Positions 59,497 through 64,000 of a DNA stretch of 64,000 nt are shown here, piece after piece. The notes below the pieces were generated by a model that did not search any database, was not told the DNA's origin, and was given only the letters and a program-made list of their open reading frames with translations. The position numbers and the translations under genes were made by a program. The stretch comes from Rhizomicrobium sp. (GTDB lineage Bacteria > Pseudomonadota > Alphaproteobacteria > Micropepsales > Micropepsaceae), in NCBI GenBank assembly GCA_031291635.1, contig JARLIR010000126.1:3634-67633 (forward strand), in the 5' to 3' direction. Each line of letters starts with the position of its first letter. Position 1 is the first letter of the stretch.

Positions 59497-61524
59497 ATGC
59501 CGCCCCGTACCGTCACCTCACCGCCGCGCCATGTCGTCAAACGTGCTGGCGAAATCGTGGTTTTCGACGCGGGCAAAATCCGCAGCGCCATTGAGCGCGC
59601 CGGTAAGGCCACCGGCGAATTCGACAGCCCGGAAGCCGATCTGCTCACCAATCAGGCGCTGAAGGTTCTCAGCCACCGCTTTTCCGATGCCGCCCCCCAT
59701 ATCGAGCAGATCCAGGATGTGGTCGAGCAGGTCTTGATCAGCGCCAACCATTTCGCCACGGCGCGCGCTTATATCGTCTATCGCGAAAAGCGCGCCCGCT
59801 TGCGCACCGACAAGAAGACCGTGGTCGATGTCGAAACCTCGATCAACGAATACCTCAATCGCGCCGATTGGCGGGTCAACGCCAATGCCAATCAAGGTTA
59901 TTCCTTGGGCGGCTTGATCCTGAATGTTTCCGGCAAGATGACGGCCAACTACTGGCTGAGCCACGTCTATCCCATCGAAGCTGGCCGCGCCCATCGCGAA
60001 GGCGATATCCATATCCACGATCTCGATATGCTGGCGGGTTATTGCGCCGGCTGGTCGCTGCGCATGCTGCTGACCGAGGGCCTGAATGGCGTGCCCGGCA
60101 AGGTGGAAGCCGGTCCCCCAAAGCATATGTCGAGCGCCGTCGGCCAAATCGTGAACTTTCTCGGCACGCTGCAGAATGAATGGGCAGGCGCGCAAGCTTT
60201 CAGTTCCTTCGACACCTATATGGCCGCTTATGTGCGCAAGGACGAGATGTCCTATGACGAGATTCGGCAGTGCATTCAGGAGCTGATCTATAACCTCAAT
60301 GTGCCGTCGCGTTGGGGCACCCAGACGCCCTTCACCAATCTGACTTTCGATTGGACCTGCCCCGAGGATTTGGCTGATCAAGTGCCGATCATCGGCGGTG
60401 AAGAAATGGACTTCACCTATGGCGAGCTGCAAGTCGAGATGGACGCCATCAACCGCGCTTATATGGATGTGATGACGACCGGCGATGCCAAAGGACGCGT
60501 CTTCACCTTTCCCATCCCGACTTATAACATCACGCCGGATTTTCCCTGGGACAGCGAAAACGCCCGCCTCTTGTTCGAGATGACGGCGAAATACGGCCTG
60601 CCCTATTTCCAGAACTTCATCAATTCCGAGCTGAAACCCAACATGGTGCGCAGCATGTGCTGCCGCTTGCAGCTCGATCTGACCGAACTTTTGAAGCGCG
60701 GCAATGGCCTCTTCGGTAGCGCCGAGCAGACCGGTTCGGTCGGCGTCGTCACCATCAATTGCGCCCGGCTGGGCTATTTGCACAAAGCCAATAAAGCCGG
60801 ACTGTTTGAAGCCCTCGACAATTTGCTCGACATCGGCCGCACCACGCTGGAGATCAAGCGCAAGGTGATCCAGCGCCATATGGATGCGGGACTGTTTCCT
60901 TATACCAAGCGGTATCTGGGAACGCTGCGCAATCACTTCTCCACGCTGGGGGTCAACGGCCTCAATGAGATGATCCGCAATTTCACCAATGACGCGGAAG
61001 ACATCACCACGCCGCAAGGCCACGCTTTTGCGATTGAGTTCCTCGATCACGTGCGCGCCAAGATCACGGGCTTCCAGGAAGAGACCGGCCATCTCTACAA
61101 TCTGGAAGCCACACCGGCCGAAGGCACCACCTATCGCTTTGCCCGCGAAGACAAAAAGCGCTTCTTCGATATCTTGCAGGCGGGCTCAGCCGATCAGCCT
61201 TATTACACCAACTCCAGCCAGCTTCCGGCGGGCTTCACCGATGATCCCTTCGAGGCTTTGTCACGCCAGGAAGTGTTGCAGCGCAAATATACGGGCGGCA
61301 CGGTGCTGCATCTCTATATGCAGGAGCGGATGTCCTCGGGCGAGGCCTGCATGAAGCTGGTGCGCCGGGCGCTGACCAATTTCTCGCTGCCCTACATCAC
61401 CATCACGCCCACCTTTTCCATCTGCCCCACACACGGTTACATTGCAGGCGAGCATGTCTTCTGCCCCAAATGCGATGCCGAGCTGATCGCCAAAAAACTT
61501 GCCGCGCCCAAAGCGGCAGAATAG
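59497..61524 (+). CDS. nrdD: Class III (anaerobic) ribonucleoside-triphosphate reductase, ATP-cone + core, lacking the glycyl-radical tail
   Basis: 'VVKRAG..V.FD..KI..AI' ATP cone; 'HIHDL', 'GYCAGW', 'SMCCRL', 'EATPAEG', 'TGGTVLH', C-terminal 'CPTHG...CPKC'. Confidence 0.9.
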   Translation: MPPRTVTSPPRHVVKRAGEIVVFDAGKIRSAIERAGKATGEFDSPEADLLTNQALKVLSHRFSDAAPHIEQIQDVVEQVLISANHFATARAYIVYREKRARLRTDKKTVVDVETSINEYLNRADWRVNANANQGYSLGGLILNVSGKMTANYWLSHVYPIEAGRAHREGDIHIHDLDMLAGYCAGWSLRMLLTEGLNGVPGKVEAGPPKHMSSAVGQIVNFLGTLQNEWAGAQAFSSFDTYMAAYVRKDEMSYDEIRQCIQELIYNLNVPSRWGTQTPFTNLTFDWTCPEDLADQVPIIGGEEMDFTYGELQVEMDAINRAYMDVMTTGDAKGRVFTFPIPTYNITPDFPWDSENARLLFEMTAKYGLPYFQNFINSELKPNMVRSMCCRLQLDLTELLKRGNGLFGSAEQTGSVGVVTINCARLGYLHKANKAGLFEALDNLLDIGRTTLEIKRKVIQRHMDAGLFPYTKRYLGTLRNHFSTLGVNGLNEMIRNFTNDAEDITTPQGHAFAIEFLDHVRAKITGFQEETGHLYNLEATPAEGTTYRFAREDKKRFFDILQAGSADQPYYTNSSQLPAGFTDDPFEALSRQEVLQRKYTGGTVLHLYMQERMSSGEACMKLVRRALTNFSLPYITITPTFSICPTHGYIAGEHVFCPKCDAELIAKKLAAPKAAE

Positions 61525-61533
61525 GATTTGTCC

Positions 61534-61722
61534 ATGAACCAGATCACCGCCATTGCCACACAAGACGCCGCTTTGCTGCTCAAGGATGACGAGCGCCAGC
61601 TTTGTGAAGTGTGGACCCGCGTGATGGGCTATCATCGCCCCGTCGCCTCGTTCAATCGCGGCAAGCAAGGTGAATTTGCCGAGCGCAAATATTTTACCGA
61701 AGCCAATTGCCCGGTTGATTAG
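61534..61722 (+). CDS. Stand-alone NrdD glycyl-radical domain
   Basis: 'CEVWTRVMGYHRPVASFNRGKQGEFAER' = RVxGY glycyl-radical loop; AGGA SD overlaps the nrdD stop. Confidence 0.85.
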   Translation: MNQITAIATQDAALLLKDDERQLCEVWTRVMGYHRPVASFNRGKQGEFAERKYFTEANCPVD

Positions 61723-61728
61723 GCTTTG

Positions 61729-62379
61729 GTGAGCGATACCGACGATCATACGGGCGAGAAGGCGAGCAATTTGCGCATTGGCGGTTTGCAGCCTTGGTCT
61801 TCTTGCGACTGGCCGGGACAGTTGGTGGCGACAGTGTTTTGCCAAGGCTGTTCCTGGGCTTGTCCTTATTGCCACAACGCCCATTTGCGCTGCCCCAAAG
61901 GTGACGGCCGTATCGCTTGGTCGGAAGTTCTCAGCTTTTTGAAAAATCGCCGCGGGCTTTTGGACGGTGTGGTGCTGTCGGGCGGCGAGCCTTTGCTGCA
62001 AAGCCATCTGGTGGAGGCCATGGGCGAGATTCGCGCCCTCGGATTCAAGGTCGGCCTGCATACCGGGGGATCGGTGCCCGAGCGTTTTGCCGCCGCCCTA
62101 CCGCTGCTCAGCTGGGTTGGCTTTGATGTCAAAGCCGCCTTCAGCGAATACGAAATGATTACGCAGGTTGCCGGTAGCGGCGCCGATGCCAAAGAGAGTC
62201 TCACCATGCTGCTGCTGAGCGGCGTGCCTTATCAGCTGCGCACCACAGTGCATCCGGCATTGCTCGATGACGCTGCAATCGAACGGCTTAATGCCGATCT
62301 CGCTGCGCTCGGTTGCGGCCCGACCCTGATCCAAGAATTCCGCAAAGACGGTGTCGCCGATGCCGGGCTTACGGCCTAA
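61729..62379 (+). CDS. nrdG: Anaerobic RNR activating radical-SAM protein
   Basis: 'CQGCSWACPYCHN' CxxxCxxC; 'LDGVVLSGGEP'. Confidence 0.9.
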   Translation: MSDTDDHTGEKASNLRIGGLQPWSSCDWPGQLVATVFCQGCSWACPYCHNAHLRCPKGDGRIAWSEVLSFLKNRRGLLDGVVLSGGEPLLQSHLVEAMGEIRALGFKVGLHTGGSVPERFAAALPLLSWVGFDVKAAFSEYEMITQVAGSGADAKESLTMLLLSGVPYQLRTTVHPALLDDAAIERLNADLAALGCGPTLIQEFRKDGVADAGLTA

Positions 62380-63911
62380 CCTTGGCCCAACGCCTGCAGT
62401 AGCGGGCGCAGTGCCTCCGGCGGCGGGCGCCAGCGTCTCACCGAAGTATTGTAAAGCGGCTGGCGCACCTGCGCGGCGCTGGCGGTGAAGACTGGGCGTT
62501 TGCTGGTGTGAAACGCCAAACAAGCCGGATCGAATTCCTCGCCGCAATGGTCGAGCAAACGCCGCGTCTGAGTTTCGAGATCGGCCACCACATCCTCATA
62601 GCGAACTGTAAGCAGCGCCTCCGGCGGCAGGACTTCTTGCCAATGCCGCATCAAGCGCTCGTAGCCGCGGTAATAACGGCCCAGCTCGCCGAGATCGTAA
62701 GAATATTCCTGCCCGCTGAGGAAACGGCGGCCATAGCAGGACAGGCAGGTGTCGAGCGGATCGCGCCGCACCCAGACAAAACGCGCATTCGGCATGGCTT
62801 GATGGAGCAAGCCGACGAAGAAAACCGATTGCAGCGTCTTGTCGGCAAGGCGGGGTTTGGTGCTGAGCAAGCGGCCCATTCCAGCGCGGTAATCACGCGC
62901 CAGCGCCGCCAGCGCTTCGGCAGGCGCTATGACCTCGGGAAAACCCGGGACATGACGCTCCAGCAGCGGCGGCAGCACGGCATTTTCGCCTGCGCCCACG
63001 ATAGCGGGATGGCTGGCAAGAATTTGCTCCACCAAGCTGGTGCCCGAGCGCGGCATGCCGAGAATGATGATCGGCGCGAAAGTCTCCGGACTGGCTGCAG
63101 CAACCATTTGTTCGCGCGTAAAGGCCTCGGCGACGCGGGCGAAATCCGCCAGCGTGGTGGCTTCGTCATAGCGCACCAAGCGGCGCATCAGACGGTTGGC
63201 CTCGCCGAGCAGTGCAAAACTTTTGTCCGGCGCGCCGCTGTCGCTGTAAGCTTTGGCGAGAGCAAATTTCAGCGCTGCCAAATCTTCCGGCGCCATCGCC
63301 TTATGCAGCAAAGCTTCCATCGCCGCGATCTGCGGATCACCCGGGACAAAGCGCACCAGATCGGCAAAGAGGTAATAGTCCTGGCCGCGTTTTAAAGCTG
63401 GCGCCAGCACGGCGCGCGCCTCGTCGAGCCGCCCGAGCACGCGCAAGACATTGGCCAGCATCAGCGGCACATAGGCGGGGCTGGGCTCATGCGCGAGCGC
63501 GGCGCGCAAGGCCGTCACCGCCTCCTCGCCCCGCTCATCATCCATCAATATTCGCACCAGCTGATGCAGCGCCATTTCGTCATCGGGTTTGAGCACGAGG
63601 AGGCGTTGCAAAGCGGCGAGCGCCAGCGCGGGATGGCCGAGGCGCAAAAAAGCGATAGCGCGGTTGCGATGGACTTCCGGGGCTTCGGGCTTCAGCGCTT
63701 CGGCGGCGGTGAAATGCGTTAGTGCCTCTTCCGCCCGTCCGGTTTGCAGGGCGATGGCACCGAGATTGTGCAGCACATCGAAATTGCTTTTGTCGCGCGC
63801 CAAGGCTTGGCGCCACTGCTGTTCGGCTTCCAGCAAGCGACCGGCTCGCGCCAAGGCGAGGGCCTCAGCGTGCAGCAGAGCGGCTTGGGTGTTGGCAGTC
63901 GAACGGTCCAC
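62376..63911 (-). CDS. TPR-repeat sulfotransferase-family protein
   Basis: N-terminal TPRs; 'ILGMPRSGTSLVEQILASHP' PAPS-binding motif; 'RDPLDTC.S', 'TASAAQVRQPL'. Confidence 0.88.
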   Translation of the reverse strand: MDRSTANTQAALLHAEALALARAGRLLEAEQQWRQALARDKSNFDVLHNLGAIALQTGRAEEALTHFTAAEALKPEAPEVHRNRAIAFLRLGHPALALAALQRLLVLKPDDEMALHQLVRILMDDERGEEAVTALRAALAHEPSPAYVPLMLANVLRVLGRLDEARAVLAPALKRGQDYYLFADLVRFVPGDPQIAAMEALLHKAMAPEDLAALKFALAKAYSDSGAPDKSFALLGEANRLMRRLVRYDEATTLADFARVAEAFTREQMVAAASPETFAPIIILGMPRSGTSLVEQILASHPAIVGAGENAVLPPLLERHVPGFPEVIAPAEALAALARDYRAGMGRLLSTKPRLADKTLQSVFFVGLLHQAMPNARFVWVRRDPLDTCLSCYGRRFLSGQEYSYDLGELGRYYRGYERLMRHWQEVLPPEALLTVRYEDVVADLETQTRRLLDHCGEEFDPACLAFHTSKRPVFTASAAQVRQPLYNTSVRRWRPPPEALRPLLQALGQG

Positions 63912-64000
63912 GCGATTTCCAGACGGCGCTTGCTGCCGTTGGTGGCGACGCCTCGTTTATCTTACGGGGACAGGGCCGTGGCAGGCCCGTAGCTTATCGC

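Overview
High-GC alphaproteobacterial chromosomal segment. The assignment is inferred from the fabA-irr synteny, Irr/LexA/RpoH-type motifs and the DUF484-xerC-priA order. The housekeeping backbone is fabA-fabB-fabI, irr, kup, an rlmI-like methylase, fhs, xerC, priA, leuC, mutS, maeB and dnaK-dnaJ. Accessory stretches: (1) ~15.8-17.1 kb, two orphan ORFs separated and flanked by degenerate copies of one ~20-bp motif, which looks like a cassette array; (2) ~19.5-36.5 kb, ending at the 3' end of tRNA-Thr(CGT), with GH5/GH9 glycoside hydrolases and a copper-related cluster. That cluster holds a Cys-rich proline-tailed leader, a duplicated YtkA/FixH-like domain fused to CusB, CusA without CusC, a bufferin-type RiPP locus with three tandem precursors (two fused in frame), and a divergent orphan TPR-secretin; (3) two toxin-antitoxin modules around an M20 peptidase, one behind a 32-bp-phased operator array; (4) a cobalamin-riboswitch-controlled class III ribonucleotide reductase whose glycyl-radical domain is a separate mini-gene. 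All calls come from reading motifs by eye; no database searches were run.
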